Assembly (NCBI GenBank): GCA_963708025.1
Contig: CAVPSB010000004.1
Coordinates: forward strand, 1-46,990
Source: an uncultured Candidatus Rokubacteria bacterium
Lineage (GTDB): Bacteria; Methylomirabilota; Methylomirabilia; Rokubacteriales; DASRDR01
DNA length: 46,990 bases
Direction: 5' to 3'
In this document: positions 1 to 11,700 of the stretch, piece by piece
Layout of the letters: every line of letters starts with the position of its first letter
How positions within the stretch are numbered: the stretch's first letter is position 1
The notes under the pieces: model-generated
Database searches by the model: none
Told to the model about the DNA's origin: nothing
Seen by the model: the letters and a program-made list of their open reading frames with translations, nothing else
Position numbers and translations under genes: made by a program

Positions 1-90
1 CGATGGGACGAACCCTCGGCGCCGAGCCGCGGGCGTGCCTCCCGGGTCGCGGTGACCGGCGCCTACTCGGTCGGCCTCGACGTCTCTCGG
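1..90 (+). pseudogene. Degenerate fragment of an ArsK-like MFS gene (paralog of 3232-4453), cut by the window start
   Basis: Reads MGRTLGA..ASRVAVTGAYSVGLDVS across an indel, versus PMEQDLGASRVAVTGAFSVGLGVS at about 3361-3432. Confidence 0.5.
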
Positions 91-233
91 CCCCGACCCC
101 TCGGTGTGCTGGCTGCGCGCCGGCTCGCTCATCGTCGCGGCCCTGGCCGTGCTGCCCGTCGATACGGGAGCGTCGTGGTCACCGAGGGCAGCTTCTTCCT
201 CCGCGCCGAAGCCGTCCGGAACACGCCGTCCTG

Positions 234-627
234 ATGGCCGGGTCCGCGGCGCCGCCTGGGGCGGCGGGCTCGCCGCGACCGCCTGGCTCGGCGCGCATGT
301 CGGGTCACCGGCGGTGCGGACGTGGCGGCCCGGGACGGGGACGCCTCGGCGGCTGGGCCCCCTGTCGGTCCGGGTGGCCGGCGAGGGGCCGCGCCGGTTC
401 GTGCTGCTCCACGGTCTGGCGGGCTCCGGCGAGGCCTTTGGCGCGGCGTATGACCAGCTCGCCGACCACGGCCAGCTGGCCGTCCCCGACCTCCTGGGGT
501 TCGGCCGCTCGATGGATCTCGACCGGCACGACTTCGGCCTCGACGCCCACCTCGACGCCCTGGACGCGATGCTGGAAGCGCTCGGCCGGCCGATGGCCCC
601 GTGACCGTCGCCGGCCACTCCATGGGG
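234..627 (+). pseudogene. Alpha/beta hydrolase, N-terminal half only
   Basis: FVLLHGLAGS and VPDLLGFGRS motifs; after an indel, GPVTVAGHSMG (nucleophile elbow) at 598-627; the sequence then switches to MFS. Confidence 0.75.
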
Positions 628-1618
628 TCGCGAGCGGCTTCTGGTCGGCGCTGGCGTTCCGGGCGCTGATGGGCGCCGGCTGGGCCGGCAGCTACATGCC
701 AGGGCTCAAGGCCTTGAGCGACCTGGCGGAGGGCCCGCAGCAGTCCCGAGCCGTGGCCGCGCACGCAGCGGCCGTCGGCGTGAGCGGTGCCCTCTCGTTC
801 GGCGTCGCGGGCGCGGTCAACGTGTGGCTCGGGCTGGCACTGGGCGCTGGTGCCCGGTGCACTCGGCGCCGCCCTGGCCTTCGCGCTGGTGCTGGTCGGC
901 GTGCCGTCTCCGACCTCCGGGCGGTTGCGGGCCCGCGCCGCGCCCTGCTCGACTTCCGGCCCATCCTCCGCAACCGGTCGGCGCTCGCCTACTCGGTGGC
1001 GTACTGCGTCCACACGTGGGAGATGTCCGCGCTGCGCGGCTGGGTCGTCGCGTTCCTGACGTTCGTGGCGGCTCGGGCGCCCGGCGCGTGGACGCCGCTG
1101 GCGCCCGCCACCGTCGCCAGCGTGATGGGTCTGTTCGGCGTGTGGGCCAGCGTGTGGGGCAACGAGCTGGCCATTCGATTCGGCCGCCGCCGCTTCATCC
1201 TGGGCATCATGCTCGGCTCCGCCGCGCTGGCGGCCGTGATCGGCTTCGGCGCCGCGCTCCCGTACGCGGGCGCGGCCGCGCTTCCGTGCTGCTGTACGCG
1301 ATCCTGATCTGGTCGGACTCGTCCTCGCTGACCGCGCGGAGTGCCGGCAGCGCCGAACCCGGCCGGCGCGGCGCGACGCTCGCCGTCCACTCGACCCTCG
1401 GGTACGCCGGCGGGTTCCTCGGTCCGCTGGCCCTCGGTGCGACGCTGGATCTTGTCGGCGGCGCGAGCGTGCTGGGCTGGGGGGTGGCCTTCGGCCACGT
1501 CACGGTTGCCCTGCTCCTCGGGGCGCTCGCGTTCGTGTGGCTGCGCCCGGCCGATCTGGCCGGCGATCGTTCGGTGGGGGCGGCCATCGCCGCGGTCCCA
1601 CCCCTGAACCGGACCTGA
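625..1618 (+). pseudogene. MFS transporter, N-terminally truncated and frameshifted
   Basis: Hydrophobic helices SGFWSALAFRALMGAGWAGSYMPGLKALSD, HTWEMSALRGW and RRGATLAVHSTLGYAGGFLGP across frames; no start or first TM helices. Confidence 0.75.
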
Positions 1619-1701
1619 CCTCGTCCCACGCAGGACCGCGAGCCACGGCATTGATGGTTCCGGATCCAACAACGACCAAGGCCCAAGGAGGCGAGACGAC
1701 C

Positions 1702-3226
1702 ATGACCCTCGAAGCGCTCCCTGTCGCTGTCATCGGCGCCGGCCCTGTCGGACTCGCGGCGGCCGCCCACCTCGTCAGCCGGGGCGAGACCCCGATCGTC
1801 CTCGAAGCCGGCGAGCGGGTGGGCGCCACGGTCCGCCAGTGGGGGCACGTCCGGATCTTCTCGCCGTGGCGCTACAACGTCGACGCGGTCGCCGTCGCCA
1901 TGCTGGAGAAGGCCGGCTGGACCATGCCGGATCCCGACCACCTGCCGACCGGCCAGGAGCTCGTCGAGGACTACCTCGAGCCGCTCGCCGAGCTTCCGGA
2001 GATCCGGCCGCACCTGCGCCTCCGCACGCGCGTCGTGAGCATCACGCGCCGCGGCCACGACAAGCTGCGGACGTCGGGGCGAGAGCAGGCGCCCTTCGTC
2101 CTTCGCGTGGTCACGCCGGCCGGGGACGAGGCGATCACGGCCCGCGCGGTGATCGATGCGTCGGGCACGTATGAGTCGCCGAATCCGCTCGGCGCGGACG
2201 GGACCGATGCCCACGGGGAAGCCCGGGTGCGAGATCGCGTGTTCTACGGGATTCCCGACGTCCTGGGCGCGCAGCGCCCGCGCTACGCCGGCCGGCGCGT
2301 GGCGGTCGTCGGCAGCGGCCACTCGGCGCTGAACACCCTGATCGATCTCGCCGAGCTGGCCGTGGCCGAGCCCACGACGCGCATCACCTGGATCGTTCGG
2401 CGCCCGCCGTCCGACCGGGTCTTCGGCGGGGGCGTCGCCGACGCCTTGCCGGCGCGCGGGGCGCTCGGCCAGCACGCGCGGCAGCTCCTGGAGCACGGCA
2501 CCGTCCGGCTGGTCGTCGGCCGGATCGCGGCTGTTTCCAACGCGGCGACGGCCTGGCCATCCTCGACGAGGCCGGCACCACCCTGGTCGTCGCGGACGAG
2601 GTGGTGGCGGTCACGGGATTCCGGCCGGATCTGGGCCCACTCCGCGAGCTTCGTCTGGATCTCGACCCCATCATGGAGGCGCCGCGGGCGCTGGCCCCCC
2701 TGATCGACCCGAACGTCCACAGCTGTGGGACCGTCCCCCCGCATGGCGTCGAGGAGCTGACCCAGCCCGAGCCTGACTTCTTCGTGGTGGGCATGAAGAG
2801 CTACGGCCGCGCGCCGACGTTCCTCATGCTCACGGGCTACGAGCAGGTCCGGTCGATCGTCTGCGCGCTGACCGGGGACCTGGCGGGGCTCGGCGCGTCG
2901 AGCTGACGCTGCCGGCGACCGGTGTCTGCAGCACCCAGCCGAGCGACGCTCGAGCCCCGGCCAGTGGTCCCTCCGGTCCGTCGTGCTGCGGGGGTCCGGC
3001 GCCCGCGGAGGTGGACGCCTGCTGCGCCCAGGACGCGGAGGCCAAGGCGGTCGGCCAGGCTGGCTGTGGCTGCGGATCAGACCGCCCGGCGGACGCCGCG
3101 GTGGCGGGTGCGGCCGGTGGCGAGAGCCCGGGGGCGATCACGGGGGGACCACGGCCGAGCGCGCCGCCGCTGGTGCCCCTCAGCGCGCTCCGGAAAGGCC
3201 CACGAACGAGCGCCTGCTGCGGCTAG
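1702..3226 (+). CDS. FAD/NAD(P)-dependent oxidoreductase (ars-associated flavoprotein monooxygenase type) with Cys-rich C-terminal tail; frameshifted
   Basis: AAGGAG RBS; VIGAGPVG and VVGSGHSA Rossmann motifs; HSCGTVPPHG and GMKSYGRAPTFLMLTGYEQVRS; tail SCCG..ACC..CGCG..SACCG*; indels near 2540 and 2890. Confidence 0.85.
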
Positions 3227-3231
3227 GCGGG

Positions 3232-4453
3232 ATGCGGGCCCCGGGCCCGACCTGGAGGATCGCGCCGGAGCGCTACGGCTGGGTGATCGTCGCGACGCTC
3301 TCCGTGACGGAGACGGTCACCTGGGGCATCGTCTACTACGGCTTCCCGGTCTTCCTGCGGCCGATGGAGCAGGACCTCGGCGCCTCGCGGGTGGCCGTGA
3401 CCGGCGCCTTCTCCGTCGGCCTCGGCGTCTCGGCGCTGGCGGCGCTCCCGGTCGGCCGCTGGCTCGACCGCCACGGCGCGCGCGGGCTCATGACCGCCGG
3501 CTCCGTGCTGGCCACGCTCCTCGACCGCTCGCGTGGGCGCGCGTCGAGAGCCTGCCCGCGCTCTACGCGGTCTGGTTCCTCATGGGACTGGCCATGGCCG
3601 CCACGCTCTACGAGCCGGCGTTCGCGGTGGTGGTGTCGTGGTTCCCGCGAGGGCGCGACCGCGCGCTGCTGACGGTGACGCTGGTGGCCGGGCTCGCCAG
3701 CACGATCTTCATGCCCATCGAGGCGTGGCTGCTGACGCCGGTCGGCTGGCGCAGTGCGCTCACGTCCTGACGGTGGTGCTCGGCGTGATCACGATTCCGC
3801 TGCACGCGCGCTGCTGCGCCGGGCCCCGGCGGGCCGCGGACGGCCGAGCGGGCGGCCGCGCCGCGACCCCGACCTGACGCTGGACGCGGCGGCGCGGACG
3901 CCGGTGTTCTGGGTCCTCGCGCTCGCCTTCTTCGTCGGCAACTTCGCCACCGCCGCCCTCACCACGCACCTGATCCCGTTCCTGGTGCGACCGCGGCTAC
4001 TCCGCGACCTGGGCGGCCATGGTGATCGGCTGGATGGGGGCGATGCAGCTCGCGGGCCGCGTCGTCTTCGTGCCGCTCTCCACGCGGTTCGGGGCGCGCG
4101 TCATGGTGGCCGCCGTCTTCGGCGCGCAGGCGCTCGGGATCGCGCTGCTCCCGCTGGTCGGCGCTGGTGCGCACGCTGGTGCCGTTCATCGTGCTCCAGG
4201 GCGCGGCCAACGGCATGGCCACGCTGGCGCGCGCCACGTCGCTGGCCGAGATCTTCGGCGCGCGCCACTACGGCGCCATCGCCGGCGCCGTCGCGCTCGG
4301 CTCCAACGGCGCCCGCGCGGTCGGTCCCGTCGGCGCCTCGCTCCTGTCGGCCTCGGCTCGTACCCGGCGGTGTTCTGGGCGCTCGCCGTCTCGCTGGTCA
4401 TGGCGGCCGTCACCCTCCTGATTGCTGGCGCAAGGGTCGAGAGCGGCGAGTAG
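3232..4453 (+). CDS. MFS efflux transporter, ArsK-like; frameshifted
   Basis: TETVTWGIVYYGFPVF, GRWLDRHGAR, AATLYEPAF, TLVAGLASTIF; context of ars genes. Confidence 0.8.
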
Positions 4454-4479
4454 CGGCGTCGCTCGGGGCCCGGGAGCGC

Positions 4480-4510
4480 CTCTTGACGGATCAAGAGACG
4501 TTGATACCAT
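4480..4510 (+). promoter_or_regulatory. Sigma70 promoter overlapped by an ArsR/SmtB-type operator
   Basis: TTGACG(4483-4488)-16-TACCAT(4505-4510) with extended TG; ATCAA-N6-TTGAT at 4490-4505; also inverted repeat CTCTTGA-cgga-TCAAGAG. Confidence 0.7.
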
Positions 4511-4524
4511 CGGACCTGCCGACG

Positions 4525-4708
4525 GTGATCTGCGGGACGCTCCGCCAGATCGATCGTGAGCACCGCCGGATCGTGGTCGGAACCGCGGATCTGCCCGGGG
4601 GAGACGGACCGCCTACTCGAGCGACTCCAGGCCGGCATGCCGATCCAGGTCGTCGCCGACGTGCGGGGCGGGGAGACATGGGTGGGGGCGATCGAGCGCG
4701 ATGGCTGA
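4525..4708 (+). CDS. Small hypothetical beta-rich protein, frameshifted
   Basis: ICGTLRQIDREHRRIVVGTADL..LLERLQAGMPIQVVADVRGG..WVGAIERDG* pieced across frames. Confidence 0.35.
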
Positions 4709-4768
4709 GGGGCGCATCTCCCCGGTGGCGCGGGTGACCCGGCTGGGCGCCCGGAGAGGTGTCGCGAG

Positions 4769-5869
<1,101 letters not shown>

Positions 5870-5873
<4 letters not shown>

Positions 5874-6334
5874 CGCGACGCCGGGTGCTCTTCCTGTGCA
5901 CCCACAACTCGGCGCGGAGCCAGATGGCGGAGGGGTTCCTCCGCGCCCTGGCGGGTGAGCGGTTCGAGGTCGCGAGCGCGGGGACCGAGGCGACGCGGGT
6001 GCACCCGCTCGCCCTGCGCGTCATGAGCGAGGTGGGGATCGACATCCGCGGTCATACGTCGAAGACGGTGGACGGTCTGCTGGGCGATCCCTGGGACTAC
6101 GTCATCACGGTCTGCGATAGCGCCAACGAACGGTGCCCGGTCTTCCCCGGCCGGACCACCCGGCTTCACTGGGGCTTCGAGGATCCGTCCCAGACCAGCG
6201 GGACCGAGGCGGCGCGGCTCGAGGTCTTCCGGCGGATCCGGGACGAGATCGCGCGGACGCTACGCGGCTGGCTCGCGACGGTGTCCTGCCTGTGGGCGTG
6301 GCCCACGTCGCCAGCCGGCGGGCACTCGACCTGA
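5870..6334 (+). CDS. arsC: Arsenate reductase, LMW-PTP/thioredoxin type
   Basis: [37 protein letters not shown]; overlaps the acr3 stop (GTGA). Confidence 0.92.
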
Positions 6335-6654
6335 CCCGGGTGGATCAGCGGCCTGGACGGGGCTCCGGGAGAAGACCGCCGCTCGGTGGTGTGGCCGCCC
6401 GCGTGGCGCTCGTCATCCTGGTCGTGGCGCGCATCGGCCAGGGTCTCTCGGTCGCGGAGCTCCGGGGCGCGGCTTGGCGGGGCGGCGAGCGGGGGCCCGC
6501 GGTGCGTGCGATCGGGCGGTGGCTGGTTCGGCGCCACTGCCCGGCCAGTTGACCGAGCACTGACGGGAGAGTCCCACCCGGGGGCGCGGAGGCGCGCCCG
6601 GGTGCGAGGGTGGGACCCGACTCGAACGTCTTGTCTCACCGGATCGCGGCCGCG

Positions 6655-7380
6655 TCACGGGTCCCGCTCGAGCGCGGCACCGTGCGCGCGTTCGGGCTCA
6701 GGCGTCCCGTAGAGGAGCCGTGCGGCGGCCAGGCGTGCCGTCGGGAAGAGCCACAGCGCGACGACGGTCGCCGCCGCCGCTCCCGCTCCCGACGCCAGGA
6801 CGGCTGGACCGATGGGCGGCGGGACAGGGGCCCCGCGGCCCCAGGACGCCACGGAGGCGGCGACGAGGGTGAGCGGGTTCCCCGAGGCGCCGGCGTTGGT
6901 GAACCAGAAGCATGCCGATGCGTACGCCCCCACCGCCAGGGGGACCCGGACGTCCTGGCGATGCGCCACGCCGAGGGCGACGAGGACGAAGCCGAACGCC
7001 GCGACGCCCTCGCGCGTCAGGACCACGTGCTCCGGCACGCTGCTGGGCAGCCCGGCGGCGAATGTCAGCGGCACCAGGATGCCCGCGACGTACCCCATCG
7101 TGGCCGCCGTGAGGAGCTGCACGGCGAGCACGATGAGACAGCGCCCCGCGCCTTGCTGCCCGACCAGGGCAGCGACGAGGGTGAGCCAGGGGTGCAGGTG
7201 GATGCGGGCGACCGAGCCGGGGCCCCACAGAGCGAGGCCGTAGCCCAGCCCGAGGATCAGCGCCGCGACGACGGCGCTCGCGAGCGGCGCATCCGCGGCC
7301 TCGACCCGGGCCGCACCGGAGAAGGCCGTCGCCGCCAGGATGGTCGCGACGGCCACCGCCTCGGCCGCGAGCCTCCTCAT
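6655..7380 (-). CDS. Divergent MIP/aquaporin-family channel (AqpS-like)
   Basis: MRRLAAEAVA start, about 6 hydrophobic segments, IHLHPWLTL and AVGAYASACFWFTNAGASGNPLTL at the two NPA positions. Confidence 0.7.
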   Translation of the reverse strand: MRRLAAEAVAVATILAATAFSGAARVEAADAPLASAVVAALILGLGYGLALWGPGSVARIHLHPWLTLVAALVGQQGAGRCLIVLAVQLLTAATMGYVAGILVPLTFAAGLPSSVPEHVVLTREGVAAFGFVLVALGVAHRQDVRVPLAVGAYASACFWFTNAGASGNPLTLVAASVASWGRGAPVPPPIGPAVLASGAGAAAATVVALWLFPTARLAAARLLYGTPEPERAHGAALERDP

Positions 7381-7789
7381 GCGATCGCGTTGCACCCTCG
7401 GGGTCGCTCCACGCGCCCGATCCACGTCCCGACGTGGCCAGCCACGTGATCCGCGACCCTGGGGTCGTACGCCCCCTGGGCGTGGCGCGCTGTGCGTTCC
7501 GGAGGCGCGAGGCATGCCACGGGCGCTCATCATCGGCGCTCCTCCCGTAGATGAGGGACGCTGTCCGCGCGTCTGGGGGTGATGTCCGACCGAAAAGGTC
7601 GCCGGACCTAGTGTGACAGGAGTGCCCCACGTGAGGCAGAACTTCCGCTCTCCGGACCCGGCGTGAGAACCGAACCCACCCTGACCGCACTGGTCGTCGC
7701 GCGCCGAGACCCCCTGAATGATCCATTCGACTAGAGCGTATGCACCAGCCGGCTGACCGGGGGCCGTCGTGGATTCACATGACGCGGTG

Positions 7790-7805
7790 TGGCACACCCG
7801 TTGCT
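7790..7805 (+). promoter_or_regulatory. Sigma54 (-24/-12) promoter
   Basis: TGGCAC-acccg-TTGCT, a consensus match, 55 bp upstream of the ATG at 7860. Confidence 0.85.
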
Positions 7806-7859
7806 CATTCGACGTCGCGGTTTGTCTGACCTCAGTCCACCGGAGCGAGGAGGTCGCCC

Positions 7860-8741
7860 ATGTCGTCTCCCGGTCCCGACGAGACTTGCCGGCCTCGAAC
7901 CGTCTCCCGGCGCCGCTTCCTCCAAGGCGTCGGAACGGCCGCCGCCACGGCGGTCGCCGTGGGCGAGGCACCCGCCCGGACCGAAGCGGCGGCGCCGTGG
8001 GTGCCGCTGCCGACCCTGCCGTCGGATGCGCCACCGAACCTCCTGCTGCGCCTCCAGGCCGACGTCCGGCGGGCGCTCGAGAAGCCGGTCGAGCAACGCC
8101 GGTGGGTGATGGGGATCGATGTCCGGAAGTGCGTGGGATGCTCCGCCTGCACGATCGCCTGCGCCGTCGAGAACAAGCTGCCGCCTGGGATGTTCTACCG
8201 GGTGGTCCAGGAGGAGATGACCGGGGAATATCCCGACGTTCGTCGTCGGTTCTTCCCGCGGCCGTGCCTGCACTGCGACAATCCGCCCTGCATCCCCGCC
8301 TGTCCGGTCGAGCCGGTCAAGGCGACCCACAAACGCCCGGATGGCATCGTGGCGATCGACTACGAGCGGTGCATCGGTTGTGGGCTCTGCGTCGCCGCGT
8401 GCCCCTACGGCGCCCGGTCCCTGGACAACGGGGATTTCTTCACGGAGGGGACGCCCCGCCGCCAGGCGTACGAGAGCGCACCGGCCTACGAGTACGGCCG
8501 CGAGTGGACGCGCGATGGGTCCAGCCTGCCCGTGTCGAAGGCGCGCAAGTGCCATCTGTGTCTCCACCGCTTGGAGGCCGGCATGCTCCCGGCGTGCGTG
8601 ACCACGTGCATCTGCAACGGGGTCTACGTCGGCGACGCGAACGACCCGGCGAGCCTGGTGAGCGAGCTGGCGCGGCAGCCCAACGTCGTGCGGCTCCGGG
8701 AAGAGCTGGGCACCAAGCCGTCCGTCTTCCACATCGTGTAG
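7860..8741 (+). CDS. ttrB: 4x[4Fe-4S] electron-transfer subunit (TtrB/SrdB/NrfC type) with Tat signal
   Basis: [64 protein letters not shown]. Confidence 0.88.
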   Translation: MSSPGPDETCRPRTVSRRRFLQGVGTAAATAVAVGEAPARTEAAAPWVPLPTLPSDAPPNLLLRLQADVRRALEKPVEQRRWVMGIDVRKCVGCSACTIACAVENKLPPGMFYRVVQEEMTGEYPDVRRRFFPRPCLHCDNPPCIPACPVEPVKATHKRPDGIVAIDYERCIGCGLCVAACPYGARSLDNGDFFTEGTPRRQAYESAPAYEYGREWTRDGSSLPVSKARKCHLCLHRLEAGMLPACVTTCICNGVYVGDANDPASLVSELARQPNVVRLREELGTKPSVFHIV

Positions 8742-8750
8742 GAGGAGATC

Positions 8751-11700
8751 ATGAGCGGGCACCCTGACAGCCGGCGCGCGTTCCTGAAGACGGCGGCGCT
8801 CTTTGGCGGATCGGCCGCGGCGAGCCGGATTCCCGACGTGCTCAGGGGGCTGCCCGCGGCCGAGGCCGCGGGCGCCCCCTACCCCCTCGCCGAGCCGGAG
8901 CGCCTCCTCTACTCGGTCTGCCAGCAGTGCAACACCCAGTGCGGGATCAAGGTCAAGCTCCACGACGGCATCGTCGCCAAGATCGACGGGAACCCGTATT
9001 CCCCGTGGAACATGGTCCCGCATCTGCCGTATGCCACGCCCGTGATCCAGGCGGCGGCGGTCGAGGGCGCCCTGTGCCCGAAGGGGCAGGCCGGCATCCA
9101 GACGGCCTACGATCCCTACCGGATCGTGAAGGTGCTGAAGCGCGCCGGCAAGCGCGGCGAGAACAAGTGGCGCTCGATTCCGTTCGACCAGGCGATCGCG
9201 AGATCGTCGAGGGCGGGCTCCTGTTCAAGGACGTCCCCGGCGAGGAGACCCGGCAGGTGGAGGGGCTCAGCGACCTGTGGGCGGTCCGCGACCCGAAGTC
9301 GCCTGAAGGAGCTGGCCGGATGACGCGAAGAAGGTGGCCGCCAAGCAGATGACCCTGGCCGACTTCAAGGCCAAGCACGCGGCTCGCCTGGACGCGCTCA
9401 TCGACCCCGATCATCCGGACCTCGGGCCCCGGAACAACCAGTTCGTCTTCATGTGGGGACGGGTCAAGGGCGGGCCGGGGCGATCTCATCCGGCGCTTCA
9501 CCAGGCGGCGCCTTCGGCTCGGTCAACGCCCACGGCCACACGACGGTCTGCCAGGGCTCGCTCTACTTCACGGGCAAGGCCATGAGCGAGCAGTACCGTA
9601 CGACCGACGGGCGAAGTGGTCGTGGACGGGCGGGGCCAAGTTCTACTGGCAGGGCGACCAGCAAACGGCCGAGTTCATGCTCTTCGTCGGCGCCTCCCCG
9701 TTCGAGGGCAACTACGGCCCGACGAACCGCGCGCTCCGCATCGCCTCACCGGGTCGCGGACGGGTCCGCTGAAGATCGCGGTGGTCGACCCGCGCGCCTC
9801 GAAGATCGCCGGCCAAGGCCTGGAAGTGGGTGCCGATCAAGCCGGGCAGCGAGGGGGCCCTGGCGCTCGGCATGATCCGCTGGATCATCGAGAACCAGCG
9901 CTACGACGCCCGCTACCTCGCGAACGCCAACAAGGCGGCGGCCGACGGCGGACAAGGAGCCGACCTGGTGCAACGCCGCGCTGGCTGGTGAAGCTCGAGA
10001 AGGGCGAGCCCGGGCGCGTTCCTGCGCGCCTCGGAGATCGGCCTCCCCGTCGAGACGCGGACGATCAAGGACGCGAGTGGGGGCGAGACCGCCTACGCGT
10101 TCGATCCGTTCCTGGTCTGGAAGGACGGGAAGCCGATGCCCGTTCGACCCCAACGACGAGACAAGAGCCCGGCCGAGGGCGACCTGCTCGTCGCGACCGA
10201 GGTGAACGGCATCACGGTCAAGACCGGGTTCCAGATCCTCTGGGAGCACGGCCGCGGCCCGGAGCCTCGAGCGAGTGGGCGCAGCTGGCCGGCATCGACC
10301 GCCGCGCGACATCGAGGAGCTGGCCCGGGAGTTCACGAGCCACGGCAAGCGGGCGGTGGCCGACATCCACCGCGGGCGTCTCCCAGCACACCAACGGCTT
10401 CTACAACGTCTTCGCCTGGTACACGCCTCAACCTGCTGATCGGCAACTACGACTGGAAGGGCGGGATGGTCAAGGCCACCACCTACGACCCGACCGGTGG
10501 CAAGACCGAGAAGGACTGGCGCAGCCGTTCCCGATCAGTCGCACCAACGGCAAGCTCGACCCGTTCGGGATCAGCGTGATCCGCCACGGCGACAAGTACG
10601 AGGAGACGACGCTCTTCGCCGGCTACCCGGCCAAGCGCCCGTGGTTCCCCCTCTCCTCCGACATCTACCAGGAGATCATCCCGTCGATCGGCGACGCGTA
10701 CCCGTACCCGGTCGAAGGCGCTGTTCATCTACATGGGCTCGCCGGTCTACTCGCTGCCGGCCGGCCACACCAACATCGAGGTCCTGGCCGATCCGCGAGA
10801 AGATCCCGCTGTTCGTCGCCAACGACATCGTGATCGGCGAGACCTCCATGTACGCCGACTACATCTTCCCGGACGTCTCGTACCTCGAGCGGTGGGAGTT
10901 CGCCGGCTCCCACCCGAACATGGTCTGGAAGGTCCAGCCCGTCCGCCAGCCGGTCATCGCGCCGATCCCGGAGACCGTCACGGTCTTCGGCCAGGCCATG
11001 CCGATCAGCCTGGAGGCGATGCTCCTGCGCGATGGCGGAGAAGCTCGGGCTGCCCGGCTTCGGGCCCGACGGGTTCGGTCCCGGCCAGCCCTTCACCCAC
11101 CCCGACCACCTCTACCTCCGCATGGTCGCGAACCTGGCGGCCGGCGACAAGGCGCCGGAGGCCCTGCCGGACGCCTCCCCGGACGAGATCCGGATCTTCC
11201 TCGACTCGCGGCGGCACTTGCCGACGACGGTGTTCGACGCGGCCCGCTGGCAGGCGATCGTCGGGGCGGACTGGTGGCCGAAGGTGGTCTATCTCCTCAA
11301 CCGCGGGGGCCGGTTCGACGACTTCGCGAAGGGCTACGAGGGCGAGCAGGCCAAGAACAAGTACGGGACGCTCATCAACTTCTACCAGGAGAAGACCGCG
11401 AAGACGAAGAACGCCATGACCGGCCAGCCGTTCCCCGGCATCGCCAGCTACGTCCCGGCGCCGGCCGACGCCCTGGGACGGCCGCTCCCGGACGAGCGGG
11501 ACGGGTACGACCTCCGGATGATCACCTTCCGGGAGATCTTCCACACCAAGTCCCGGACCGCGGCCAACTACTGGCTTCTGTCCCTGTTGCCCGAGAACAG
11601 CGTGCTCATGAACCCGCAGGACGCCGCCCGGCGCGGCCTGGCGGACGGGGAGCGGGTCCAGATCCGGTCGCGCTCGAATCCGGCCGGCGTCTGGGACTTC

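Noticed and set aside
6380-6470. Fragment LVILVVARIGQGLSV resembling an MHS-family MFS helix
   Set aside because: Too short to support a gene call; at most a tiny remnant
7540-7720. Moco/Wco riboswitch upstream of the molybdoenzyme
   Set aside because: I could not match the conserved elements, and the region lies upstream of the sigma54 promoter, so it would not be in the transcript
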